DNA of 64,000 bases from Gammaproteobacteria bacterium (GCA_965238175.1 CBDEGZ010000003.1:1536001-1600000), one strand, 5' to 3'. Shown: positions 52,621-62,587, counted from the stretch's first letter. The notes: generated by a model not told the origin, from the sequence alone. Translations and numbers: made by a program.

Positions 52621-52649
52621 TTGCAACCTGTCTCGTGCTAACATAGAAT
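52621..52649 (+). promoter_or_regulatory. Sigma70 promoter of rpsF operon
   Basis: TTGCAA-17 bp-TAGAAT. Confidence 0.6.
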
Positions 52650-52662
52650 ACGCCGTTTTTAA

Positions 52663-52716
52663 CCCTTGCCTCACCGAAAATTAAAGCGGGAGGCTATAAA
52701 CCGAGAGGGAATATAG
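52663..52716 (+). promoter_or_regulatory. S6:S18 ribosomal-protein leader (autoregulatory RNA)
   Basis: GCCTC/GAGGC and CCG/CGG stems plus a CCG motif next to the RBS, directly upstream of rpsF. Confidence 0.6.
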
Positions 52717-53460
52717 TTGAGACACTACGAAGTCGTTTTTCTGGTCCACCCTGATCAGAGCGAGCAGGTTCCTGCCATGCTTGACCGTTACCGAACAATT
52801 ATTGAAGTCGATGGTGGTCAAATTCACCGCCTTGAAGACTGGGGCCGTCGTTTGTTAGCATACCCAATCAATAAGGTTCACAAAGCCCATTACGTTATGA
52901 TCAATATAGAGTGTGATCAAAAAGCACTCGATGAATTGAACAGTGCTTTTCGTTTTAATGATGCGGTTATCCGTAATTTAGTTATGAAACGCGATAGTGC
53001 GGTTACTGATCCTTCATTCTTGGCCAAGAGCAAGGAAGAAGAGGACGAACGTGCTTCAAAAGAAGCTGCAATTGCCAGAGCTAAAGAGGCTGAAGCAGTT
53101 GCTAAAGCTGAAGCCGCCACCGCAGCTAAAGCCGCAGCGGATGCTCAAGAAGATCCTACTGCTGAAGAGGCTGTCGCTGTTAGTACAGATGCAGAAGCAC
53201 CTGCTGCAGAAACTTCAACTAAAAAGGAAACTTCAACTAAAGAACCTAGTGATGCTGAGGTTATATCAACAGAAGATCACGAACTGAATTACGTACTCAA
53301 GAAGTATGGTAAACGCCAGACTGCTGCTAATCGCAAGAAATTTGTAACGTTACTTGATGAGTGCAAGGCTGATGCAGATTATGCACCACATCTTCGTGAA
53401 CAATTTTATCGCTATATCGAAGACAAAAAAGCCTTCGATATTATGGAAGATCTAGGTTAG
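52717..53460 (+). CDS. rpsF: 30S ribosomal protein S6 with long linker and extra C-terminal domain
   Basis: [18 protein letters not shown]...[12 protein letters not shown]...KAHY; TTG start; 247 aa versus the usual ~110-140. Confidence 0.95.
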   Translation: MRHYEVVFLVHPDQSEQVPAMLDRYRTIIEVDGGQIHRLEDWGRRLLAYPINKVHKAHYVMINIECDQKALDELNSAFRFNDAVIRNLVMKRDSAVTDPSFLAKSKEEEDERASKEAAIARAKEAEAVAKAEAATAAKAAADAQEDPTAEEAVAVSTDAEAPAAETSTKKETSTKEPSDAEVISTEDHELNYVLKKYGKRQTAANRKKFVTLLDECKADADYAPHLREQFYRYIEDKKAFDIMEDLG

Positions 53461-53477
53461 ATCAGAGGAGAAGTAAT

Positions 53478-53705
53478 ATGGCACGTTATTTTCGACGCAA
53501 ACGTTTTTGCAAATTCACCGCTGAAGGTTATACCGAGATCGACTATAAAGATCTAAACACGTTGAAGGCATATATTTCCGAAACAGGAAAGATTATGCCA
53601 AGTCGTGTTTCCGGAACTAAAGCTGGTTATCAGCGACAACTAAAAACAGCGATCAAGCGAGCACGTTTTCTTGCATTGGTTCCATATTGTGACTCTCACG
53701 AGTAA
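53478..53705 (+). CDS. rpsR: 30S ribosomal protein S18
   Basis: [24 protein letters not shown]. Confidence 0.98.
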   Translation: MARYFRRKRFCKFTAEGYTEIDYKDLNTLKAYISETGKIMPSRVSGTKAGYQRQLKTAIKRARFLALVPYCDSHE

Positions 53706-53727
53706 AGATTAAGCAGGTAGAAAACAC

Positions 53728-54633
53728 ATGAAAGCATTGGCCACGTATATTCTACGAGGTCCAATACAGGCGGCGGGTGTTATTGGCTTATTTGCCAGTA
53801 TCGGTTGGATTTTTCCACCATTGCTTATCATCAGTTGCGCTGCATTAGCATTGGTTGTGCTTAAGCAGGAAGCGAAAACTGGATTTTTAGTGATGTGTGG
53901 CGCAGTTGTATTTTGTGCTTTCATTTCTCAGATTGGATTTGGATCTTTACTGCTCGCTTTATATACAGTCATCGTACTGTGGCTGCCGATCTTACTGTTA
54001 GCCAATGTACTACGGCTGACACAATCGCAATCAAGTGCATTGGTGGCAATGATGATAGCGTCATTGATGTTTGCACTAAGCATTCGTTTTTTTAGTGGTA
54101 ATATTGAAGGGTTTTGGCAACAGAGCTTGACTCAAAATGTTAATGAAATTCCTTTGCTCGCAAATGCGGAGAATCAGTCAGAAATAATCAACGCACTTTC
54201 TGTCATTATGAATGGTTTTGTCGCAGCAATGCTAGGAATTATGCTAATGGTGAGTTTACTTGTTGCCAGATGGTGGCAAGCTATACTTTTTAATCCCGAT
54301 GGGTTTGGAGAGGAATTTCGCAAGATACAGTTGCCTGTTTTGATCACTACGCCTCTGCTTGTATGTATGCTTTTAGTAGCATTGGTTGAAGTTTCGATAC
54401 CACCTTATGGGTTCTTGCTTGATGTACTGGTGATCGGTTGTGCAATATTAATGTTTCATGGTTTAGCCGTTATACATTTTTTTGTGCACAAAAAGAGATT
54501 AGCAAAAGGTTGGCTGGTCGGGGTTTATATATTTTTTGTCTTAGCGGCCGTCTATGTTTTTAGTTTGCTGACAATGTTGGCGGTAACAGATAGCTACTCA
54601 GACTTTCGTAAGTTACGTACCAAGGCTGTTTAA
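53728..54633 (+). CDS. DUF2232/YybS-like membrane protein
   Basis: Polytopic; ARWWQAILFNPDGFGEEF; conserved rpsR-rplI position. Confidence 0.8.
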   Translation: MKALATYILRGPIQAAGVIGLFASIGWIFPPLLIISCAALALVVLKQEAKTGFLVMCGAVVFCAFISQIGFGSLLLALYTVIVLWLPILLLANVLRLTQSQSSALVAMMIASLMFALSIRFFSGNIEGFWQQSLTQNVNEIPLLANAENQSEIINALSVIMNGFVAAMLGIMLMVSLLVARWWQAILFNPDGFGEEFRKIQLPVLITTPLLVCMLLVALVEVSIPPYGFLLDVLVIGCAILMFHGLAVIHFFVHKKRLAKGWLVGVYIFFVLAAVYVFSLLTMLAVTDSYSDFRKLRTKAV

Positions 54634-54677
54634 AGGATATTTTAAGATTAAAAAGAATTGAGTGAGGAAATAATACG

Positions 54678-55130
54678 ATGGAAGTTATATTGCTAGAAAA
54701 GGTGAATAAACTAGGCGATCTTGGTGACAAGGTTAGGGTGAAGTCTGGTTATGGTCGAAACTTTTTGATCCCACAGGAAAAAGCAGTTCCTGCAACCGCT
54801 AAACATCTTGAAGAGTTTGAAGCTAGACGTTCTGAACTTGAAAAGGCAGAAAAAGAAACTCTCTCAAAAGCACAGTCACGAGAAAAAGCATTATCAGAAT
54901 TAACCGTGACCATTACTCGTAATGCCGGTGCGGAAGGCAAATTGTTTGGTTCCGTTACAAGTGCCGATATTGCAGCGGCTGCAACAGAAGCAGGCGTTGA
55001 GCTTGAGAAACGTGAAGTCCGATTACCAGAAGGGCCTATTCATGAGATTGGTGAGTTTGATATTGATCTGCATTTGCATTCTGACGTTAACACCACAGTT
55101 AAGGTAAATGTTGTCGCAGAAGAAGGTTAA
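54678..55130 (+). CDS. rplI: 50S ribosomal protein L9
   Basis: [27 protein letters not shown]. Confidence 0.98.
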   Translation: MEVILLEKVNKLGDLGDKVRVKSGYGRNFLIPQEKAVPATAKHLEEFEARRSELEKAEKETLSKAQSREKALSELTVTITRNAGAEGKLFGSVTSADIAAAATEAGVELEKREVRLPEGPIHEIGEFDIDLHLHSDVNTTVKVNVVAEEG

Positions 55131-55215
55131 AAAAAAGTTATTCAAAAGTATTTGTCATTATAACTTTTGATCTACTCTTCATTATTTTCACCTTGTAACG
55201 AGGTATAATCTCCAG

Positions 55216-56613
55216 ATGAATGAACCCTATCCAATGGATATGGGATCTGGAGAGCCGATCCAGGCCCTCAAGATCCCACCGCACTCTATCGACGCCGAGC
55301 AATCATTGCTCGGTGGTCTGATGCTTGATGAAAATGTCTGGAGTGAAGTTTCAGACAAGGTTTTAGAAGCCGATTTTTATCGTTCTGAACATCGCCTAAT
55401 CTTTCAAGCCGTACAAGCATTAGCAGCCAAAGATACACCTGCTGATGTGGTAACCGTGTCTGAGTGGCTAGATAACAATAATAGTCTGGAAAAAGCAGGT
55501 GGGCTCGCCTACATTGCGTCTTTGGCCGAAAATACGCCAACAGCTGCAAATGCGATTGCATATGCAGCTATCGTCCGAGAACGTTCGATTTTACGACAGC
55601 TTATTCAAACCGGAACTTCAATTGCGGGAAGTGGCTTTAATACCGAAGGACGTTCAACCAAAGAATTACTTGATGATGCAGAAAAACAAGTTTATGCCAT
55701 TGCTGAGCAACAAACACGTGGAAAAGGATTTCGACCGCTTAATGAATTATTAGCGAGTGCGATTGAGCGGATTGAAACACTCTATGAATCTCAAGACCCA
55801 ATAACAGGCATCTCTACCGGGTTTAGTGGTTTTGATGAGATGACTTCCGGCTTACAAGAATCTGATCTTGTTATTGTTGCGGGCCGACCTTCGATGGGTA
55901 AAACCTCATTTGCGATGAATATCGCTGAATCTGCGGCCATTAAAGACGGCGCGGCTGTTGCTGTTTTTAGTATGGAAATGCCGGGTGAGCAACTCGCGAT
56001 GCGACTTTTGTCTTCTCTTGGAAGAATTGATGCGCATCGTATGAGAACGGGTAAGCTAACGGATGAAGATTGGCCACGTTTAACCTCGGCAATTTCAATC
56101 ATGCAAGATGCCAAATTCTACATTGATGATACGCCTGCTCTGTCGCCTAATGAAATTCGCGCACGTTGTCGACGGATCTCTCGTCAAGAAGAAAAACTCG
56201 GTCTGATTGTGATCGATTATCTGCAGCTTATGCAAGTGCCAGGCTCGAGTGAAAATCGAACCACTGAGATCTCCGAAATTTCCCGATCATTAAAAGCGCT
56301 TGCGAAGGAGTTAAGCGTACCGGTGGTTGCGCTTTCTCAGCTGAATCGAAGTTTGGAACAACGACCCAACAAGCGACCCGTGATGTCAGATCTACGCGAA
56401 TCTGGAGCGATTGAGCAAGATGCGGATGTCATCGTCTTCATCTATCGTGATGAAGTTTACAATGAAGATAGCCCCGACAAAGGAACCGCTGAAATCATAA
56501 TCAGTAAGCAGCGTAATGGTCCAATTGGGACGACGCGATTAAGCTTCCTCGGCGAATATACACGCTTTGAAAATTATATTTCTGATCCCTACGGTGGTGG
56601 AGATTTTGGATGA
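55216..56613 (+). CDS. dnaB: Replicative DNA helicase
   Basis: PPHSIDAEQ, AGRPSMGKT, IDYLQLM, DLRESGAIEQDAD; no intein. Confidence 0.99.
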   Translation: MNEPYPMDMGSGEPIQALKIPPHSIDAEQSLLGGLMLDENVWSEVSDKVLEADFYRSEHRLIFQAVQALAAKDTPADVVTVSEWLDNNNSLEKAGGLAYIASLAENTPTAANAIAYAAIVRERSILRQLIQTGTSIAGSGFNTEGRSTKELLDDAEKQVYAIAEQQTRGKGFRPLNELLASAIERIETLYESQDPITGISTGFSGFDEMTSGLQESDLVIVAGRPSMGKTSFAMNIAESAAIKDGAAVAVFSMEMPGEQLAMRLLSSLGRIDAHRMRTGKLTDEDWPRLTSAISIMQDAKFYIDDTPALSPNEIRARCRRISRQEEKLGLIVIDYLQLMQVPGSSENRTTEISEISRSLKALAKELSVPVVALSQLNRSLEQRPNKRPVMSDLRESGAIEQDADVIVFIYRDEVYNEDSPDKGTAEIIISKQRNGPIGTTRLSFLGEYTRFENYISDPYGGGDFG

Positions 56614-57680
56614 CGCGTCCCGCTCGTGTTGTCATTGATCTAAACGCCTTCCGGTCAAACCTACAAACCACTAGAAAATATGCGCCAGATCAAAAAGTCA
56701 TGGCGATAATCAAAGCCGATGCTTATGGTCATGGTTTGGAACGCGTCGCAAATCAGCTTGGTGATGCAGATGCTTTTGGTGTCGCCTGTCTCGAAGAAGC
56801 TATTCGATTACGTACTGCTGGATTCACAAAACCGATCATCTTGTTGGAAGGATTTTTCTCTGCTGAAGAATTAGATCAGCTTTCAGAACTTAATTTGCAA
56901 ACTGTTATTCACCAGAATAATCAACTCGAATTGATCGAAAAACTTCCTGCCGATAAAGCAATTAATGTCTGGCTCAAAATTGATACCGGAATGCATCGCT
57001 TAGGATTTGATCTGGATCTTGTTTCTTCCGTTTTTAGCCGATTAAAAAAAGCAAAAGGTGCTGATCAAATAAAGTTAATGACGCACTTTGCTTCTAGCCA
57101 GCCAGACTCGATGGAATCTCAATTAGCTAATTTTTTTAAGGTTGTGTCTGATCTAGAAGGCGAGCATTGTCTGGCAAATTCGGGCGCCATTATAGAATGG
57201 TCCGCAGCTCATGGTGATTGGATCCGCCCCGGTTTGATGCTTTATGGTGTTTCACCATTTGTTGACCAAACTGGAGTAGAACTTGGTTTAAAACCCGTCA
57301 TGTCACTACATTCAGAATTGATCTCAGTGAAGCAGGCTAAAAAGGGCGAAAAAGTCGGCTATGGTGGAACATGGGAATGCCCTGAAGATATGCCGATTGG
57401 TGTTATTGCCATGGGTTATGGCGATGGCTACCCACGTCATGCACGTTCTGGGACACCGATGTTGATCAATAATCAAACCGCTGGACTCATCGGGCGACCA
57501 TCAATGGATATGCTGACCGTCGATTTGCGTCAATGTCCCGATGCAAAGATTGGTGATCCCGTGATACTTTGGGGTGAAGACTTGCCTGTCGAAGAGATTG
57601 CTCGTTGTGCTGAGACAATTCCTTATGAATTACTTTGTGGTATGCGTATGCGCGCCCGATTTGTTGAGATAAATGGCTAA
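56610..57680 (+). CDS. alr: Alanine racemase
   Basis: IKADAYGHG, KIDTGMHRLG, RPGLMLYG, GYGDGYPR. Confidence 0.97.
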   Translation: MTRPARVVIDLNAFRSNLQTTRKYAPDQKVMAIIKADAYGHGLERVANQLGDADAFGVACLEEAIRLRTAGFTKPIILLEGFFSAEELDQLSELNLQTVIHQNNQLELIEKLPADKAINVWLKIDTGMHRLGFDLDLVSSVFSRLKKAKGADQIKLMTHFASSQPDSMESQLANFFKVVSDLEGEHCLANSGAIIEWSAAHGDWIRPGLMLYGVSPFVDQTGVELGLKPVMSLHSELISVKQAKKGEKVGYGGTWECPEDMPIGVIAMGYGDGYPRHARSGTPMLINNQTAGLIGRPSMDMLTVDLRQCPDAKIGDPVILWGEDLPVEEIARCAETIPYELLCGMRMRARFVEING

Positions 57681-59040
57681 ACAAAAAAAACAATATGAAT
57701 GTCAGTCTTGCGGTGCGGTTAGTCCAAAATGGGCAGGGCAGTGCGGCGATTGTGGTGAATGGAATAGCCTGACAGAATCGATCATCGTTCAAGCGACGGC
57801 GACAAATGATCGTATTGGAAATTACAGCGGCAGTGCACCGGCGATCTGCAATCTTGATGAGGCCGACTTAACCGAGGAAATCCGCTATACCACCCATATT
57901 GAAGAATTAGATCGTGCCATGGGAGGCGGGTTAGTTACAGGATCGGTGATTCTGATCGGCGGTGATCCGGGTATCGGCAAATCCACATTATTACTGCAAC
58001 TGCTTGCTGCAATCTCTAAAGATCAGATGAAAACGCTTTATGTCAGCGGTGAAGAATCTGCCCGACAAGTGGCAATGCGCGGCAAACGACTAGTGCTGGA
58101 TCTGACCGATTTGCGCCTTCTTACAGAAACCAATGTCGAACGGATCCTGACTACCGCACAGAAGGAAATGCCTAAAGTGATGGTGATCGATTCAATACAA
58201 ACGATCCATACAGAACAACTCTCATCAGCGCCAGGTAATGTTGCTCAAGTTAGAGAAAGCGCCGCCAAGATTGTGCGTTTTGCAAAACAAACCGGAACGA
58301 CTATTTTACTGGTTGGTCATGTCACAAAAGACGGTGCACTTGCAGGCCCTCGTGTGTTGGAGCATATGGTTGATACCGTGCTCTATTTTGAAGGTGATAG
58401 CGGCAGTCGTTTCCGCTTAATTCGGGCGATCAAAAACCGTTTCGGTGCAGTCAATGAACTGGGTGTTTTTGCCATGACCGATACTGGTTTAAAAGGCGTA
58501 AATAATCCCTCGGCTATCTTTTTATCCCGACGTGAAGACGAAGCCTCAGGTAGCGTGGTGATGGTGACGAGAGAAGGCACACGTCCGTTAATGGTTGAAG
58601 TTCAGGCCTTAGTTGATGAATCAAAAGCAGGTAATCCAAGGCGTGTCGCAGTAGGGATGGATCAAAATCGACTTGGAATGTTGCTGGCCGTATTGCATCG
58701 ACATGCCGGGATAGCCACTTATGATCAAGATGTGTTTATTAATATCGTAGGTGGCGTTCGGATCACAGAAACCGGTGCTGATCTGGCTGTTATACTGGCG
58801 ATTTTATCAAGCTTAAGGAATCAACCTTTGCCAACAGATTTGATCGTCTTTGGTGAAGTCGGTTTAACCGGCGAACTACGCCCAGTCCAAAATGGTCAGG
58901 AAAGACTTAACGAGGCACAAAAGCATGGCTTTAAACAAGCAATAGTTCCGAAAGCGAATCTTCCAAAGCAAAAAATAAAAGGGATCGAAATAAAAGGGGC
59001 GGCTACTTTAGATGCGGCGCTTGGTTTTTTGAGGGGTTAG
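57673..59040 (+). CDS. radA: DNA repair protein RadA/Sms
   Basis: Zn ribbon CQSC...CGDC, GDPGIGKST, KNRFG. Confidence 0.98.
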   Translation: MAKQKKQYECQSCGAVSPKWAGQCGDCGEWNSLTESIIVQATATNDRIGNYSGSAPAICNLDEADLTEEIRYTTHIEELDRAMGGGLVTGSVILIGGDPGIGKSTLLLQLLAAISKDQMKTLYVSGEESARQVAMRGKRLVLDLTDLRLLTETNVERILTTAQKEMPKVMVIDSIQTIHTEQLSSAPGNVAQVRESAAKIVRFAKQTGTTILLVGHVTKDGALAGPRVLEHMVDTVLYFEGDSGSRFRLIRAIKNRFGAVNELGVFAMTDTGLKGVNNPSAIFLSRREDEASGSVVMVTREGTRPLMVEVQALVDESKAGNPRRVAVGMDQNRLGMLLAVLHRHAGIATYDQDVFINIVGGVRITETGADLAVILAILSSLRNQPLPTDLIVFGEVGLTGELRPVQNGQERLNEAQKHGFKQAIVPKANLPKQKIKGIEIKGAATLDAALGFLRG

Positions 59041-59383
59041 TCTTAATAGTAGTTCAATAAGAATGTAGCTAGTTGTCCCAATGAATGCTCGCCATAACCA
59101 CGGGTTTTATCGTTCAAAATAATTCCACCAAGATTAACTATATATTTCTCAAAAACTATCTCCTTAGCAGATTGATTATTTTGGTTTTACTTCGGAAGCT
59201 TCCATCTTTAAAAATACACAGATTTCCTGAACGTCAAAATACATAGGAAATTGTAAAGTTTGTTTAACTGTCTATCATCGCCCCTAGATATGGGAGAGGA
59301 TAAGTGAAAGTACTAAAAATAGTCTAGAGCATTGTACGAAGGGTGCTATCAATCAAACTGAAACAAAATCTAAGGAAGTTAAA

Positions 59384-59842
59384 ATGTATAGAAAACTAGT
59401 GTTAATTACTTTTGTGTCATTTTTATTCACAGGTTGTGCCTCAGTCCCTATGGAAAGTACTGATAGAACCGATACTGTAAAGGAGTTTAATTCACCTTCA
59501 GACAAAAGTGCAGGGTTGTATATCTACCGATCAGGCGGTTTCGGAGGATCCTTAAAAAAGGATATCTGGATTGACGGAGAATGCCTTGGTGAAACGGCTC
59601 CTAACGTTTTCTTCTATGAAGAAGTTCAAGGTGACGGAGAACATAAACTCTCTACAGAATCTGAATTTTCACCTAATGATTTGGTGATTAAAACAGAAAG
59701 TGGTAAGAATTACTTCGTTAAGCAATATATTAAATTCGGTTTGTTTGTTGGAGGTGCAGGTCTAGAACAGGTTGACGAAGAAGAGGGTAAAAAGGCCGTA
59801 GAGAAATTGAAGCTAGCTAAAAAAGGTAACTGTAGTAAATAA
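59384..59842 (+). CDS. DUF2846-like lipoprotein
   Basis: Lipobox FTGC, GLYIYR, GETAP, TESEFSPN, GKNYFVKQYI. Confidence 0.8.
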   Translation: MYRKLVLITFVSFLFTGCASVPMESTDRTDTVKEFNSPSDKSAGLYIYRSGGFGGSLKKDIWIDGECLGETAPNVFFYEEVQGDGEHKLSTESEFSPNDLVIKTESGKNYFVKQYIKFGLFVGGAGLEQVDEEEGKKAVEKLKLAKKGNCSK

Positions 59843-59940
59843 TATGAGGGGCTGTTTTAAAATATATAGTCTCGATGTTCAATATATGTCGCAAAGACAT
59901 ACAATAATTTTTTGACCTTGCTGCATCCTTTATTCAGTAT

Positions 59941-59970
59941 TGTTGGCTTACGCGAGAATAAGCCTACCTA
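59941..59970. repeat. REP-like palindrome related to 549-577
   Basis: GTTGGCTTA-CGCGAGAA-TAAGCCTAC; the reverse strand begins TAGGTAGG. Confidence 0.6.
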
Positions 59971-60050
59971 GTCGCCCCTTAATAAACCAGAATTACTCCG
60001 AAGATGATTTGCAGGAATGCATATTTCACTTTTATCTCCATTACTTTTAT

Positions 60051-60193
60051 GCCTAACATCTATTCTATGGAATCATTCCAAAATATATCTCGATAAGTGA
60101 CAGTAATTGTCACAACTATTAAGTAATGTGAATAGCTATATTGAGCCGATAATGACCTTCAAGACTGCACTAAAAAGGGTCGGTTTTGGTGCA
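60051..60193 (-). mobile_element. attI-like module, copy A
   Basis: Roughly 80% identical (by eye) to 61322-61464; homology stops at GTTA, the integron crossover point (here GTTAGGC). Confidence 0.65.
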
Positions 60194-60250
60194 CTGAATT
60201 TAAGGCGGCTTACGAGAAAAAGCAGAGACTTTTAACGGTTGAGCCACCTG

Positions 60251-60688
60251 TTAACTGTTTGCATCTACTTTAGCCCTGAACGACACAGGAAAACCATTAA
60301 ACTGTACGCCATTTTGATAAAGAAACATCATTCCATAGACTGCGCTTGCCGACTTTCCTGATCCGGAAAGCTTCCAGCCAGATAGAACCAATTTGTATCT
60401 GATGCCAAATTCACCATCGTGATATTCAATAAGAACAATATCGTCAAGAATTTTCATATTCTCTGGCTTGGAATAAACAGCGATAACCTTACCATCTTTG
60501 GATTTGCGGGAAAATTTCGTGGAGTTATCTTGTGAGATAACTAACTTTTGTTTTTCACCTTTCACCACCACATAGCTCGACACCCAATCTCCAATCAATC
60601 CATTAGGCACAATTGGGCGAGTGGTACTTTTTTCAGCTATAACTGAAAAAGAAACCATCAATATAAGTAATATTCGAATCATGGTCAT
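60251..60688 (-). CDS. Secreted hypothetical protein in an integron gene cassette
   Basis: Signal peptide; cassette begins GTTAACT (60697-60691) and its stop overlaps the complementary AGTTAAC (60256-60250). Confidence 0.8.
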   Translation of the reverse strand: MTMIRILLILMVSFSVIAEKSTTRPIVPNGLIGDWVSSYVVVKGEKQKLVISQDNSTKFSRKSKDGKVIAVYSKPENMKILDDIVLIEYHDGEFGIRYKLVLSGWKLSGSGKSASAVYGMMFLYQNGVQFNGFPVSFRAKVDANS

Positions 60689-60690
60689 AC

Positions 60691-60760
60691 AGTTAACGTC
60701 GCAATAAAAGGCGCGCGCCTTTTGCGCGTCCAGCCCACGCCTTTTATTGCTTTGTTATGA
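60691..60760 (-). mobile_element. attC site (70 bp)
   Basis: TCATAAC AAA GCAATAAAAGGCG...CGCCTTTTATTGC GAC GTTAACT; perfect 13-bp arms between R'' and R'. Confidence 0.88.
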
Positions 60761-60769
60761 GTTTTAAAT

Positions 60770-61306
60770 TCAAACATTTCTACCAAACCAATTTAGGCTT
60801 TTAGTGTATGGTGAAAAATTGGTTTCATAGACATCTGTATATATTACTGTACAGCTTAATTCCTTTAACCATACCCTGCATAAATCACGGGCTTCTGAAA
60901 AATTTGAATCATCTTTAGCTTCTGTAAGCTCCAATAATGGAATAAAGTCACCCGGCATAATTGAGCGGTTATTTAAATCAGTTGCAAAGTGCGTCCATGG
61001 TCTATTCTCTGGCAGTTTCCTCATCCACTTAACTATATCGGACTTTGATTCAGCCCCTTTTGTTACTGTAAGGCTCTTGATAATAAGTGGGCCAGAGCCA
61101 CGGAGGCTATTTTCATAATCAGCAACTGTTATTTCTGGTATTGGTGAAACCGACAAAGTGTTGTTTTTTTTCTGATGCTTAAGGGAAGTGACGGAAACAT
61201 AAATAGAAATCGATGATGCTAACAATGCTAAAAAAGCAATAATCACCCTCATTGTTGCCGCCAAGGCACTAGCTACACTAGTATTTTCAATTAGAAATTC
61301 ATACAT
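60770..61306 (-). CDS. Membrane-anchored hypothetical protein in an integron gene cassette
   Basis: N-terminal TM; cassette starts GTTATGAG (61328-61321) and ends CTCATAAC (60761-60754). Confidence 0.8.
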   Translation of the reverse strand: MYEFLIENTSVASALAATMRVIIAFLALLASSISIYVSVTSLKHQKKNNTLSVSPIPEITVADYENSLRGSGPLIIKSLTVTKGAESKSDIVKWMRKLPENRPWTHFATDLNNRSIMPGDFIPLLELTEAKDDSNFSEARDLCRVWLKELSCTVIYTDVYETNFSPYTKSLNWFGRNV

Positions 61307-61321
61307 AATGATTCCTTAGAC

Positions 61322-61539
61322 TCATAACATCTATTATATGGAACCATTCCAGAATATACCTCGATGAATGACAATAATTGTCACAACTGCTAAGTAATGT
61401 GAATGGCTACATTAACCTGATAGAAGCCATCCAGACTGCACCAAAAGGGTTTGGTTTTGGTGCATCAATCCATAACTTTCTAAACCCTTGATTTTGTTAT
61501 AACTGGACTGCACTAAAAGCGTGGTGCAAAACTGATACA
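61322..61539 (-). mobile_element. attI-like module, copy B, with IHF site and repeated GACTGCAC motifs
   Basis: Ends CATATAA-TAGAT-GTTATGA; TGACAAT-A-ATTGTCA palindrome; TGCACCAAAA-N8-TTTTGGTGCA; IHF consensus AATCAAGGGTTTA at 61481-61493. Confidence 0.65.
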
Positions 61540-61554
61540 TTAAATTTAATGTTG

Positions 61555-62298
61555 TTACCGTTGACTTAAAACTTCAATCAATAGCTTCTTAACCTGCTGC
61601 ATGCCTTTTTCAAGATGCTGTTCAATTTGTTTCATTGAGATCTCTTTTTCGCCGTTTCGCCCAGCTGCTGGGTTTACAATAACTGCACAAGTTGCGTAAG
61701 AAAGATCGAGTTCTCTTGCTAGCGCCGCTTCTGGCATGCCGGTCATTCCGACCATGTCACAACCGTCTTTTTCCATGCGATCAATTTCTGCGGCGGTTTC
61801 TAGTCGCGGGCCTTGTGTGGCGCCGTAGGTGCCACCATTTGAAATATCGATCTTTGCATGTTTTGCTGCTTTGATTATTTTTGATCTTAATTTTTCATTG
61901 TAGGGATGAGTAAAGTCAATATGTACGACTTCGCCTTTATCGCCATCATAAAAGGTATTTTGACGGCCAGCGGTATAGTCAATAATTTGATCAGGAATGG
62001 CCAGGCGGGAAGGTGTTAGTTCAGCAGTTATTCCACCAACGGCAGCAATGCTGATCACTTCGGAAATGCCGATTTCTTTTAATGCCCAGATATTTGCGCA
62101 ATAGTTGATCATGTGAGGTGGGATGGTATGACCCGCACCGTGTCTCGGCAAAAAAACGACTTCTTTACCCTTATGTTCACAAAAGGTGAGTGGTCCTGAA
62201 GGTTCTCCGAAAGGGGTGCGCATCACACGTCTTTTTAGGATATTAATCCCTTCGAGTTTGTTTAAGCCGGTACCGCCGATGATTGCTAGATCTGTCAT
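61555..62298 (-). CDS. mtnP: S-methyl-5'-thioinosine/thioadenosine phosphorylase
   Basis: AIIGGTG, TPFGEPS, LPRHG..HTIPPH, GPRLETAAE, VGMTGMPEA; NPAAG is more MTIP-like. Confidence 0.88.
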   Translation of the reverse strand: MTDLAIIGGTGLNKLEGINILKRRVMRTPFGEPSGPLTFCEHKGKEVVFLPRHGAGHTIPPHMINYCANIWALKEIGISEVISIAAVGGITAELTPSRLAIPDQIIDYTAGRQNTFYDGDKGEVVHIDFTHPYNEKLRSKIIKAAKHAKIDISNGGTYGATQGPRLETAAEIDRMEKDGCDMVGMTGMPEAALARELDLSYATCAVIVNPAAGRNGEKEISMKQIEQHLEKGMQQVKKLLIEVLSQR

Positions 62299-62587
62299 TT
62301 TATAGATTCTATTTTTAAGTAAGCTCTAGTTTAACGTTTTCAACGTTATTGTGTAGTTTACTGTTGATGGAAAAAGCTCAACCCATTGGAATATTTCTCT
62401 CATTTACTGAAAATTTAAAAATGGTGCTTAGTTTTTTTTTATTGTGGCCGATAGTAGTTCTATGACCTTCAGTTTTATAGGTTCAAAAATGATCAAAACA
62501 GTATGAAATCGCAGTACATTTGATCCTGAAACTGAATTTAATTCACAATTTTTATTTATAAACAGTTAGTTATGATCAGTATTTGGT

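Noticed and set aside
59044-59200. Open minus-strand frame (QNNQSAKEIVFEKY...LLNYY*)
   Set aside because: No start codon or recognisable family; at most an unassignable gene remnant.
61316-61345. Chromosomal dif site
   Set aside because: Shares the TAA-N6-TTATG geometry but lacks the conserved XerD arm TTATGTTAAAT, and it occurs in a duplicated module.
61437-61528. TGCAC...GTGCA palindromes as NtrC binding sites
   Set aside because: Spacers of 18 and 10 bp do not fit the 7-bp NtrC spacing, and no adjacent sigma54 promoter is present; better treated as part of the repeated module.
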